A stretch of DNA of 64,000 nucleotides from contig DAOUET010000048.1 in NCBI GenBank assembly GCA_034430155.1, forward strand, positions 8,953-72,952. The letters run 5' to 3'. A model generated the notes under the pieces. It did not search any database and was not told where the DNA came from. It saw only the letters and a program-made list of their open reading frames with translations. This DNA is from Anaerolineales bacterium. GTDB lineage: Bacteria; Chloroflexota; Anaerolineae; Anaerolineales; UBA4823. The position numbers and the translations under genes were made by a program. The first letter of the stretch is position 1. The number at the start of each line of letters is the position of its first letter. This document shows, piece after piece, positions 49,353 through 58,667 of this stretch.

Positions 49353-50336
49353 ATGATCCCTTACACCTGGATTGAAGAAGCTGCCAATCGCATCGCACCC
49401 TACATCAATAAAACTCCTCTCACTTATGATCCTGATTACAGACTATATTTGAAGTGGGAGAATCATCAAATTACTGGTTCCTTCAAATCGCGGGGAGCGA
49501 TAAACAAAGTACTGACTCTTCAGCCGTATGAACTACAGAACGGGCTAGTAGCTGCCTCCGCGGGAAATCATGGTCAGGGTGTGGCACTGGCTGGCAAACT
49601 GGTTAGCGCTCCAGTGATCGTTTTCTGTTCCGACCATACTGTACCTGCCAAGGTGCAAGCCATGAATGCGTTGGGAGCCGAAGTACGCATGGTTCCAGGT
49701 GGATATAGCGAAGCGGAGAAAATTGGTAAAAGTTATGCGGAGCAACATAGAGCTGCCTGGATTTCTCCATATAACGATGGGCAAGTGATTGCCGGACAGG
49801 GAACAATAGGTCTTGAAATCTACCAGGAATTACCCGCTCTGAACCAATCTGACTGGTTCGTACCGGTTGGCGGTGGGGGATTAATCGCCGGGATCGGTAC
49901 GTCTCTCGAACGGTTCAACTCAAAGACAAAGCTGGTAGGAGTCCAATCCGAGGCCTCCTCTTTCTTCCACGGGATATTTTATCGGGGCACACAAGAGGGC
50001 ATCGTCGAATTACCAAGCCTGGCTGATGGGCTGGCCGGTGCAGTTGAAGAAAATTCTGTAACCATCGCGATGGTCCGACGTCTGGTGGATGAATTCATCC
50101 TGGTCAGCGAAGAGGATATCGGTCAGGCAATTGTATTCGCCTGGGAGCGCTACCAAGAACGCATCGAAGGTTCTGCCGCAGCTGCCCTTGCAGCGGTCCT
50201 ATCAGAAAAGATTAGATCATTTCCTGCAGTTGTGGTTCTTTCGGGTGGCAATATCCAACCAGAGGTGCACGCCAAAATACTTACCGGGCATTATCACACC
50301 CAACCAGTGGAATTGGATGATGGAAATCTCTCCTGA
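49353..50336 (+). CDS. PLP-dependent threonine/serine dehydratase-like enzyme (PALP fold)
   Basis: ENHQITGSFKSRGA (PLP lysine), SAGNHGQGVA and VPVGGGGLIAG. Confidence 0.8.
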   Translation: MIPYTWIEEAANRIAPYINKTPLTYDPDYRLYLKWENHQITGSFKSRGAINKVLTLQPYELQNGLVAASAGNHGQGVALAGKLVSAPVIVFCSDHTVPAKVQAMNALGAEVRMVPGGYSEAEKIGKSYAEQHRAAWISPYNDGQVIAGQGTIGLEIYQELPALNQSDWFVPVGGGGLIAGIGTSLERFNSKTKLVGVQSEASSFFHGIFYRGTQEGIVELPSLADGLAGAVEENSVTIAMVRRLVDEFILVSEEDIGQAIVFAWERYQERIEGSAAAALAAVLSEKIRSFPAVVVLSGGNIQPEVHAKILTGHYHTQPVELDDGNLS

Positions 50337-51174
50337 CGAATATATGGTAGTGTGCATGTCACGCCAGATTAAAGATGGCGAGCTTGTAGCACAGGGGTTA
50401 GCTACCCCACTGGTCGCTGCGGCGTATTTACTGGCCAGGCATACCCATGCCCCCAACCTTTATTTTGCCTCAGCGATTGGTCAGTCTATCTGTAGCCAGC
50501 CCGCTCCCTTGAGCCTTTTACAGGTGGAGAAGCTTTGGTTGGACCGAGCCTTAACCAATGTGGGTTTTGTGCGAGCCGTCGCGGATGTGCTACCACGTTT
50601 GCGTCCCAAGGAATTCTTCCGCCCAGCCCAGGTCGATCCCCACGGAAACTTTAACAATATCGCTTTTGGGAAAAACCATCAACGCCCCCGTCTAAGATTG
50701 CCGGGTACCGGGGGTATCCCGGATGTGACCACATTTATCAGCGATATCTATCTATATGTACCGCGACACTCGCGACTGACCTTCGTCTCCCACCTGGATT
50801 TTCTTTCTGGTTTAGGCCATCATCCCGCTCGTACCAAGGGTGCTGGGCCACGCTATCTGGTATCTGATCTCGGACAATTCGACTTCGTCGCCATTGCTAA
50901 CGGGAAGAAAAGCCCACAGAAGCGTATGCGCCTGGTGTCCTATCACCCCGGTGTCAAAATCGATCGAATCAAGGCCAAAACCGGTTTTGAGTTCGAGGTC
51001 GCTCCGGATATTCAGGAAACCGAACCCCCTTCGGAGGATGAGATTAGATTACTGCGTCATGAAATTGACCCTCTAGATATCAGGAAACTAGAATTAATGA
51101 GCGGAGCTGAACGCAGAGCACTGTTACACCGGATCTTCGCTCAGGAGAGATCAGTCTTTGAAAGCAAGAATTAA
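50317..51174 (+). CDS. CoA-transferase beta subunit-like protein (glutaconate CoA-transferase GctB type)
   Basis: MVVCMSRQIKDGELVAQGLATPLVAA... and PAQVDPHGNFNNIAFG...LRLPGTGGIPDV parallel GctB. Start at ATGATG 50317-50322, a 20-nt overlap with the upstream gene. Confidence 0.75.
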   Translation: MMEISPDEYMVVCMSRQIKDGELVAQGLATPLVAAAYLLARHTHAPNLYFASAIGQSICSQPAPLSLLQVEKLWLDRALTNVGFVRAVADVLPRLRPKEFFRPAQVDPHGNFNNIAFGKNHQRPRLRLPGTGGIPDVTTFISDIYLYVPRHSRLTFVSHLDFLSGLGHHPARTKGAGPRYLVSDLGQFDFVAIANGKKSPQKRMRLVSYHPGVKIDRIKAKTGFEFEVAPDIQETEPPSEDEIRLLRHEIDPLDIRKLELMSGAERRALLHRIFAQERSVFESKN

Positions 51175-51226
51175 TCCAGAGACTAGCCATCCTTACTCTC
51201 AAATAACTTTTCCCACAATCGTCAGG

Positions 51227-54004
51227 ATGATCGTGCTGATATCGCTGGTGGTTGCTATTTTGCCATCTTCAACTGGGCAGGCAATCGGCCTACAACAAGC
51301 GGGTGATTCTACAGAACGCGCCCAAGCTCTGCTGGAAACACTATCACCAGAAGAGCGCGTCGGGCAACTATTCATGGTGACGTTTACTGGCACCGACAGT
51401 GGGCCTGAATCAGCCATCTTCGACCTTATTGTTAACCATCATATCGGTGGGGTGGTATTACAGGCTGAAAATGACAACTTCGCTTCCCAACCCCAAACCT
51501 TGGGGGATGCACTCCATATGATCCGCCAGCTGCAAACTGATGAATGGTCCGCATCTCAATCCCTGCAGATAGATCCGGTAAGCAACCAAGAGTTCACCCC
51601 AGCCTTCATGCCACTTTTCATCGGTATATCCCAAGAAGGTGATGGCGCCCCTTATGACCAGATAATCAATGGTTTGACATCCTTACCAAGCCAGATGGCT
51701 TTGGGAGCCACCTGGCAAACAGACCTGGCGCAGCAGGTCGGCAAGGTACTTGGGGAAGAACTTTCAGCTCTGGGTATTAATCTCCTGCTGGGACCTTCTC
51801 TGGATGTCTTGGAAACACCCCATCCCCAGGGCACTGGTGATTTAGGAGTAAGAACTTTCGGAGGCGATCCTTATTGGGTGGGCGAAATGGGACGTGCATA
51901 CGTAAGCGGTATACACGAAGGCAGTGAAAACCGCATGGCAGTTGTTGGAGAGCACTTTCCAGGACACGGCAGTTCCGACCGGCTGCCCGAAGAGGAAGTC
52001 GCTACCATCCGCAAATCTCTAGAACAGCTCAAAGGCTTCGAACTACCACCTTTTTATGCCGTTACCGGCAATGCACCAACCCAGGCTGCTATGGTGGATG
52101 CACTGCTGGCCTCCCATATCCGTTACCAGGGTTTTCAAGGCAACATCCGCGAGACCACCCAACCTGTCAGCCTCGACCCACAGGCTTTCGACAAATTGAT
52201 GAATTTGCCGGCAATTACAAAGTGGCGCGCCAGCGGTGGCGTGATGATCAGTGATAACCTCGGCAGTCATGCCTTCCGCCGCTTCTCGGACCCAACCGGC
52301 CAGGACTTCAAAGCTCGATTGATTGCTCGAAACGCCTTTATCGCTGGTAACGATTTGCTTTTCCTGGGAAATGAATTCATCGATACGGCCGATCCGGATT
52401 ATTACACGACGATTCTAAACACCCTCTCCCTTTTCGCTAAAAAATACCGTGAAGATCCGGCTTTTGCGAACCGGGTTGATGAATCTGCCCTACGTATTCT
52501 CACCCTGAAATACCGAATTTACAACAACATCTTCACCCTCAACCAGATACTTCCCACTCAAAATAGTATCGCCGATGCAGGTAAATCGGACCAGATAACC
52601 TTCGAGGTAGCCCAAGAAGCAGCCACACTGATAAGCCCTTCTCAAGCGGACCTCGCGGATGCGCTTCCAGAACCTCCCAATCTAAATGATCATATTGTTT
52701 TCATTACCGATACTCGTACGGCGAAGCAATGCAGTGAGTGCTCTCCTCAACCTGTGCTGGCTGCCAACGCCCTTGAACAGGCGGTGGTCCATTTGTATGG
52801 ACCATTTGCTGGAGGGCAGGTGCTACAACGCAACCTGGAAACCTATACGTATGCAAATTTGCTGGAGTTCTTAGACCAAAGAGGGCAATACGAGGAGATT
52901 CCCAAGATAGAAGCCGACCTGAGAGGGGCAAATTGGATTGTTTTCGCCATGCTCAACGTGACCACCAATGTACCCGCCTCCCAAAGCCTGTCGCGCTTTC
53001 TTGCCGAAAGCCCTGACCTTTTTCGCCAGAAAAAAGTCGTCGTTTTCGCTTTTAATGCTCCATATTTTCTAGACCAAACGGAAGTCTCGAAAATTACTAC
53101 TTATTACGGCTTATATAGCAAGTCACCAAAATTTGTCGAAGTAGCTGCGCGCTTATTATTCGGTGAAATTCCCGCTCCCGGCAACCTGCCCGTATCCGTA
53201 CCGGGGGTTGGTTATGACTTGATTTCAGCCACCGCTCCAGACCCAGAGCAAGTTATCCCCTTGCACCTTGATATTCCGGAAGCGAACGGGCAACAAGGCA
53301 CTGAAACACCTGAACCAACACCCACTCCGATGTTCGAAGTCGGCGGGCTCATCCCCATCCGAACCGGAGTCATTTTGGACCATAATGGACATCCAGTCCC
53401 CGACGATACCTTAGTGGAATTCATCCTGAGCGGCGGCAATGAGATTTCGGCCATATCCCAAGTTGAGCCAACCCGGAATGGTATCGCCCGTACCACCTTT
53501 CTGGTAGATCGATCGGGAACCCTTGAAATTAGTGCTAAGAGCGATCCAGCCACAGAATCAACTGTGCTGCGATACGATGTCCCTCCTGAGACGATAGATG
53601 AGAACGCCATCACTCCCACATTAACGCCTACCGAAACCCCCACGGAGGCTCCATCACCCACCATTACAGTTAACCCAACAGCCATTGTGACGCCGATAGC
53701 CAACGACCACACCCATTTTGGTGATTGGCTCCTGGCTTTGCTGGTCACCAGCGCCTTAGGGGTTGCGGTCTTCTGGATGAGCTCATTATTCGGGGTGGTA
53801 GAATGGGGCCTGCGAAGAACCATGCTGGTATTGATTGGAGGTTTACTCGGATACACTTACTTGGCGTTGGGCATGCCGGGGAGCGAAGATCTAATACAAA
53901 ACTCTGGTATATGGGGAGTTTTATTGATCACCCTCCTGGGAGCGGTTGTAGGCTGGGCCACTGCCTGGGGATGGCAAATGATCCAGAACAACGGTAAGCT
54001 GTAA
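51227..54004 (+). CDS. Family-3 glycoside hydrolase (NagZ/BglX-like) with N-terminal anchor, P/T linker and C-terminal multi-TM region
   Basis: RVGQLFMV, GINLLLGPSLDV, RTFGGDP and EHFPGHGSSDRLPEEE. C-terminus TPTLTPTETPTEAPSPT followed by about 4 TM segments. Start is either ATG 51227 or TTG 51158. Confidence 0.85.
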   Translation: MIVLISLVVAILPSSTGQAIGLQQAGDSTERAQALLETLSPEERVGQLFMVTFTGTDSGPESAIFDLIVNHHIGGVVLQAENDNFASQPQTLGDALHMIRQLQTDEWSASQSLQIDPVSNQEFTPAFMPLFIGISQEGDGAPYDQIINGLTSLPSQMALGATWQTDLAQQVGKVLGEELSALGINLLLGPSLDVLETPHPQGTGDLGVRTFGGDPYWVGEMGRAYVSGIHEGSENRMAVVGEHFPGHGSSDRLPEEEVATIRKSLEQLKGFELPPFYAVTGNAPTQAAMVDALLASHIRYQGFQGNIRETTQPVSLDPQAFDKLMNLPAITKWRASGGVMISDNLGSHAFRRFSDPTGQDFKARLIARNAFIAGNDLLFLGNEFIDTADPDYYTTILNTLSLFAKKYREDPAFANRVDESALRILTLKYRIYNNIFTLNQILPTQNSIADAGKSDQITFEVAQEAATLISPSQADLADALPEPPNLNDHIVFITDTRTAKQCSECSPQPVLAANALEQAVVHLYGPFAGGQVLQRNLETYTYANLLEFLDQRGQYEEIPKIEADLRGANWIVFAMLNVTTNVPASQSLSRFLAESPDLFRQKKVVVFAFNAPYFLDQTEVSKITTYYGLYSKSPKFVEVAARLLFGEIPAPGNLPVSVPGVGYDLISATAPDPEQVIPLHLDIPEANGQQGTETPEPTPTPMFEVGGLIPIRTGVILDHNGHPVPDDTLVEFILSGGNEISAISQVEPTRNGIARTTFLVDRSGTLEISAKSDPATESTVLRYDVPPETIDENAITPTLTPTETPTEAPSPTITVNPTAIVTPIANDHTHFGDWLLALLVTSALGVAVFWMSSLFGVVEWGLRRTMLVLIGGLLGYTYLALGMPGSEDLIQNSGIWGVLLITLLGAVVGWATAWGWQMIQNNGKL

Positions 54005-54009
54005 TAGAA

Positions 54010-55005
54010 TTACCGCATTAAAGTGGCGAGCAAGCTTATGATCACCATACCAGCAGTAATGCCGGCAAGAATCCATTCGGTTGGCGAAGAAATCAGATCA
54101 CCCAACACCAGAGGAGGTAGTGGCTGGCGTTGTTGGGAGATGGGGTTCAAATTACCTGATAAGGCTTTGCGAAAAGTTTCTACATCCTGTGGTCGATCAT
54201 CCGGGTGCAGATTCATTGCCCACAGAACAGCTCGTTCAGTTCGCCAGGTGAGATCTGATCTGAGCTGTCTGGGTGGAACAAGGCTGTTTGGATGCAAGAA
54301 ACGCTCACGCGCTTCAACCGGAGCCTGGTTAGTGAGCAGATGGTACAAGGTGGCACCAAAAGCATAAATATCACTGCGAGCATCAGTATGTCCTGTGTCG
54401 CCGCCGTACTGCTCTAAGGGTGTATAAAGGGCAGTGCCGCGCCCTTGTAGAATAGTGATCGTCATTTCTTCAGAAGCAAGTATCTTGACCAAGCCAAAAT
54501 CAACAAGTTTAATTAAACCGCTAGGCGTTAGCTTCAAATTACTGGGCTTGATATCGCGATGCAGAATTGGCGGTTCTTGACTATGCATATAAATCAGTGC
54601 ATCGGCCAGCTGCATCGCCCAAGAGAGCACCTCTTTCTCAGCAAGATGAGATTTACGTTGTTGTGCTTCGGTCATTAATGTGCGTAAATCTTTGCCAGGA
54701 ACGAAGTCCATTACCAGGTAATCACGTTGTTTCTCAGAAAAAAAATCGGACACTTTGGGTAAATTCGGATGGTCAAGGCGCGCAAGGACGGTAGCCTCTC
54801 GCAGGAATTGATCGCGAGCCTGCTTGAGCATCTCTTCAGGCAGTGATCCATCATGCGCCACCTCCTTGAGCGCGCAATGACGGCCCTCTAATCGGAGATC
54901 ATCAGCCAGATAGATTGAACCCATCCCTCCTTGGCCAATAATCTGGCTGATTTTATAGCGTTCGCGCAGTACCTCTCCAGGTTTTAACGGCGTGGGCATG
55001 GTCAC
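54010..55005 (-). CDS. Hanks-type Ser/Thr protein kinase with C-terminal TM anchor
   Basis: GQGGMGSIYLA, CALKE, HRDIKPSNLKL, DFG and TPLEQ. C-terminal TM ILAGITAGMVIISLLATL. Confidence 0.9.
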   Translation of the reverse strand: MTMPTPLKPGEVLRERYKISQIIGQGGMGSIYLADDLRLEGRHCALKEVAHDGSLPEEMLKQARDQFLREATVLARLDHPNLPKVSDFFSEKQRDYLVMDFVPGKDLRTLMTEAQQRKSHLAEKEVLSWAMQLADALIYMHSQEPPILHRDIKPSNLKLTPSGLIKLVDFGLVKILASEEMTITILQGRGTALYTPLEQYGGDTGHTDARSDIYAFGATLYHLLTNQAPVEARERFLHPNSLVPPRQLRSDLTWRTERAVLWAMNLHPDDRPQDVETFRKALSGNLNPISQQRQPLPPLVLGDLISSPTEWILAGITAGMVIISLLATLMR

Positions 55006-55192
55006 AAAGGATAAGAAGGACTTAATATAAATTCGGTTGGTAGTGCTTTACTCGGCAGGGCAATCGGTACAATCCGACACCAAATTTTCAGCATGCCTTG
55101 ATCGGTAAAACAATGAGTTTTGATCGTAAATCACCAAAATAAACATCTAATTTTACAAGTTTAGCTGGTATTATACACTTGGAGGTCAGTAA

Positions 55193-55867
55193 ATGGAGCG
55201 AAACGGCGAGGATATCCCGGTTCTGGTCGGACAGGCAGGTCCACTAAACGGTCAGCGGTGGTTGCTCCGAGATGATATTGTGGTAGGTCGTGAGCATAGC
55301 TGCGATATTACAATTCCAAACCGTCAGGTTTCACGACAACATGCCCGGATCTTCTCTTCTCCGGGAGGGGTTTACCTGGAGGATTTAGGAAGCAAGAACG
55401 GCACACATCATAACGGTCAACTCGTAGAAAATGCAGCTTTGCTTAAGGACGGGGATATCATCCAGATCGCCCTGGCACAGCAATTTGTATTTCTCAGTTC
55501 AGACGCGACTCTCCCACTGGAATCACTGGATGAACTGGAAGCCTTAATATCCCCTCAAGGTCGGCTGCACCTGGACAAACGCTCCCGCAGGGTCTGGATT
55601 GGAGATGAAGAAGTACAACCGCCTCTATCAGCATCCCAGTTCCACTTACTGGAGATATTGTTTGAACACGAGGGACGGGTAGTGCCTCGAACAGATATCA
55701 TCTCCAGGATCTGGGGGGCAGAGAATGCTGTAGACGTCTCAGAGCAGGCTTTGGATGCTTTAGTCAGGCGCTTGCGTGATCGCTTAGCAGCAGTTGACGT
55801 TCATCACGCTTACATTGTCACCGTGCGGGGACACGGTTTACGGTTAGATAACCCACCACGAGTTTAA
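55193..55867 (+). CDS. FHA domain fused to an OmpR-type winged-helix DNA-binding domain
   Basis: FHA: VVGREHSCDITIPNRQVSRQHARI...LEDLGSKNGTHHNG. wHTH: LSASQFHLLEILFEHEGRVVPRTDIISRIWG...LDALVRRLRDRL...IVTVRGHGLRL. TGGTATTAT box and GGAGG lie upstream. Confidence 0.85.
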   Translation: MERNGEDIPVLVGQAGPLNGQRWLLRDDIVVGREHSCDITIPNRQVSRQHARIFSSPGGVYLEDLGSKNGTHHNGQLVENAALLKDGDIIQIALAQQFVFLSSDATLPLESLDELEALISPQGRLHLDKRSRRVWIGDEEVQPPLSASQFHLLEILFEHEGRVVPRTDIISRIWGAENAVDVSEQALDALVRRLRDRLAAVDVHHAYIVTVRGHGLRLDNPPRV

Positions 55868-56142
55868 CCTGGAAGTTGTTCGATTCTTATTGGATTTGTT
55901 CCCCAAATAGGCAATTATTTAACTACTCCCAGATTGACTTTTCTAGTCATATGCAGGTCATCCTGGCTTGATCCCTCCTCGGTCCTGTCCCTTATCGCCA
56001 TAGACATCATATTCATCCCTGAGTTCGTCGACGTCGACATAAATGAGAAAGACCGCACTGCTAACAGGTTCGTGGCTGAATCCTGCTGATAAATAATGGG
56101 CTTATAAACCCATTGAGCAGCAGTTGTGCTGGCGGTTAATTT

Positions 56143-57225
56143 CTAGAGAACCCCGATTTTCTTGACTATTCGCTCTGCAGCGCGCCCATCCCAAAGTGGG
56201 GGCATTTTCTTTGTAGAAATTTTATTGCTCAAACCTGATCGTATCGCGGCGATAAGAGCGCGCCGTTCGCCAGGAACGAGCCGGTTTGTTCCAGAGGTCA
56301 CTGTGATCGGACGCTCCGTATTTGGCCTGGCCGTAAGGCACGGCACACCCAGAAAAGTTGTCTCTTCCTGAATTCCCCCGGAATCCGTTAAAACCAGATC
56401 GGCATGCGCTTCCAGAGCAAGAAAATCCAAGTAACCAAATGGTTCTAATAAATGCAATCCTTCGGTTGCTGGTGGCTGTTCGAAATTAGAGATTTGCGCC
56501 CGGGTCCGTGGATGTACGGGGAAGAGCACGGGAGTCTCCCGGGAAATCTCCTCCAGGGCAATAATAAATTCTTTCAAGACCTTGATATCATCCACATTAA
56601 AATCACGGTGTAGAGTCACCAGTATGTAGCGTTCTAAATTGAAGCGATCACGCAAATTGGGCCAGTTTGCCTGGGCTTTCGGCATGAGCTGCACCAGCGT
56701 ATCAATCATGACATTACCGACGAAATGGATTTTTTCTGGAGGCAAACCCTCCCTGGCCAGGTTTTGATCAGCATCCTGCGATGGCGTAAAAAGCAGATCA
56801 GCGATTTGATCGGTAAGCACCCGGTTGATCTCCTCCGGCATGCTGCGATCGTAAGAACGCAATCCTGCTTCCACATGGGCTACTCGAACTCCCAATTTGT
56901 TGCATACCAATGCGCAGGCCAGCGTCGAATTAACATCTCCCACCACAATCACCCAATCAGGTCTAACCTCCAACACAATAGGCTCGAAGCGCAACATTAC
57001 CTGAGCTGTTTGCCATGCATGTGTGCCCGAACCCACGTCCAGATTGATATCCGGTCGGGGTAATTCCAGTTCATCAAAGAACACCTGGGACATGAATTTG
57101 TCGTAATGCTGACCAGTGTGAACCAGAATTTGGTCAAAGACCTCAGGAAATTTGTTCATCTCCCAAAGAATGGGAGCAACTTTCATGTAATTAGGGCGCG
57201 CCCCAACGACATGTAATATCTTCAA
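56143..57225 (-). CDS. wecB: UDP-N-acetylglucosamine 2-epimerase (non-hydrolysing)
   Basis: VVGARPNYMKVAP, HTGQHYD, VVGDVNSTLA, HVEAGLRS and TDSGGIQEE. Confidence 0.9.
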   Translation of the reverse strand: MKILHVVGARPNYMKVAPILWEMNKFPEVFDQILVHTGQHYDKFMSQVFFDELELPRPDINLDVGSGTHAWQTAQVMLRFEPIVLEVRPDWVIVVGDVNSTLACALVCNKLGVRVAHVEAGLRSYDRSMPEEINRVLTDQIADLLFTPSQDADQNLAREGLPPEKIHFVGNVMIDTLVQLMPKAQANWPNLRDRFNLERYILVTLHRDFNVDDIKVLKEFIIALEEISRETPVLFPVHPRTRAQISNFEQPPATEGLHLLEPFGYLDFLALEAHADLVLTDSGGIQEETTFLGVPCLTARPNTERPITVTSGTNRLVPGERRALIAAIRSGLSNKISTKKMPPLWDGRAAERIVKKIGVL

Positions 57226-57227
57226 GT

Positions 57228-58580
57228 TTACCCCCCGCTTAAGTTGGCTTTCATCGAGAAGCGGATCACCTGACGATTAATCGCTTTAAGGTGGTCTAAG
57301 AGCTCCTGGTCACCATTTGATTGCTGCACCTGAGCAACCAATCCAGACAACATCTCCAGAAATTGCGGAGTTATTTCTTCCTTATGTTCTTCCATCATCT
57401 GGCGGCGAGCGTCATCGTTGGGGGCTGCCAGCAAATCCTCGATCAAGGCGATTTCTGGTGGACCAGAACCAGCCTGGTTTAAAACCTCAACGATTTGTTG
57501 CAGCTTCTCCACTTTCACCTGGTCATTGCTTTGGCTGGCTGCCTCCATCTCGTCATTCAATAACTGCAAAAACATTTCGTCGATGGACGGTAAATTTTGC
57601 CTGGTCGCTTCAGCGACATCATCAGCCAGCAAAATGTTGTTTAACAATTGCTTCAGAGACTGCCTGCGAGCTGACATTTGGGCATCGTATTGATTGGTTA
57701 ATTCCAGCAACGTCTCGCGCAGCTCGATTAAACGTTGCCTACCTTTATCCCGGGCGCGGTCGATACGGTTGCTCAGCAATTGAAAAAACATATAATCCAT
57801 TCCGGGTCGAATTAAGCTAACCAAAGCCTTTAAGCGAGTATCAGAGGGCGCGTTCACCACGATATCGACCAATTTATCCCGGGTCAGTTCTTGCCCAGCT
57901 TCTTGTAAAGATTTTATTGCAGCCTGAACTTCCTCTGCCTGTTCTTTAATCTGATGGCCAAATTCTGTATTTTCAAATAAATCTGACTGTAAATCCTCCA
58001 GACGACCGCTCGAATCCTGGTCTTTGCCCAATCTAGAAGCTTCCAATAAACGGCTGAGCAGGTTGAAAAAATCAGCGTCAAGCAAATCTTCCTCTTGTTT
58101 GATCACATCCTTACGCGCGTCTTTATCGGTGATCGTAAGCAATCTTTGCAAGAGATTCAGCCTTTGTTGTTGCGCTTCAATCATCTCATGGGTGATGCCA
58201 TCAGCTTCTAAAATATGCTCCACCAAATTTTGCATGGTGAGATGAACTTTAGGTTGCAACAGATAACCCTTACGTTTTTCTTGTGAGAGATTCTCAATGA
58301 CTCTGTTGATCATACTCCCGATAATCCGCTCTTGTTCATTCCTAGCTAAGCCCACCTCTGGAGGAATGAAGGAAAGTAAGAGCTCCTTTTCCGGATCGTG
58401 GTAAACGATGGGTGTGGCCAGATTACCTTGGTAACCACAAAAAGGGCACTGGATAAGATTTACCACCCCCGATAAAAGTTTTTGTTTAGCGGATGGGTCA
58501 ACATTAACGTCAAATAGTTGTTCTACATCAGCCGTGATAGGCTGATGGCAATTCGGACAATTGATACGAGTCTTTGGCAT
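57228..58580 (-). CDS. CpXC zinc-ribbon domain protein with a long helical C-terminal region
   Basis: INCPNCHQ...CPFCGYQG (two CxxC pairs), then about 350 aa of acidic, helix-prone sequence. 2-nt gap to wecB. Confidence 0.7.
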   Translation of the reverse strand: MPKTRINCPNCHQPITADVEQLFDVNVDPSAKQKLLSGVVNLIQCPFCGYQGNLATPIVYHDPEKELLLSFIPPEVGLARNEQERIIGSMINRVIENLSQEKRKGYLLQPKVHLTMQNLVEHILEADGITHEMIEAQQQRLNLLQRLLTITDKDARKDVIKQEEDLLDADFFNLLSRLLEASRLGKDQDSSGRLEDLQSDLFENTEFGHQIKEQAEEVQAAIKSLQEAGQELTRDKLVDIVVNAPSDTRLKALVSLIRPGMDYMFFQLLSNRIDRARDKGRQRLIELRETLLELTNQYDAQMSARRQSLKQLLNNILLADDVAEATRQNLPSIDEMFLQLLNDEMEAASQSNDQVKVEKLQQIVEVLNQAGSGPPEIALIEDLLAAPNDDARRQMMEEHKEEITPQFLEMLSGLVAQVQQSNGDQELLDHLKAINRQVIRFSMKANLSGG

Positions 58581-58667
58581 AAAGTTCTCCTAAAAACGAG
58601 TTACCAGGCGTCAGAAAAAAAGAACACCACGGTCAAATAATAACTCAGAATGTATCGATAATTAATT

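Noticed and set aside
50089-50316. 76-codon N-terminal extension of the CoA-transferase ORF
   Set aside because: It overlaps the well-supported dehydratase frame. The translated extension has no family resemblance, and homology to GctB begins at the ATGATG at 50317.
53212-53856. 214-aa minus-strand ORF
   Set aside because: It lies entirely antisense to the GH3 gene. The translation is low-complexity (V/G/S/T-rich) mirroring the P/T linker, so it is most likely a spurious antisense frame.
55868-56142. 275-bp convergent spacer with a GTCGACGTCGAC palindrome (56027-56038) and a 42-codon minus-strand ORF
   Set aside because: The palindrome is only a tandem SalI-type 12-mer with no flanking structure. 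The sORF has no RBS and an unremarkable composition, so support is insufficient.
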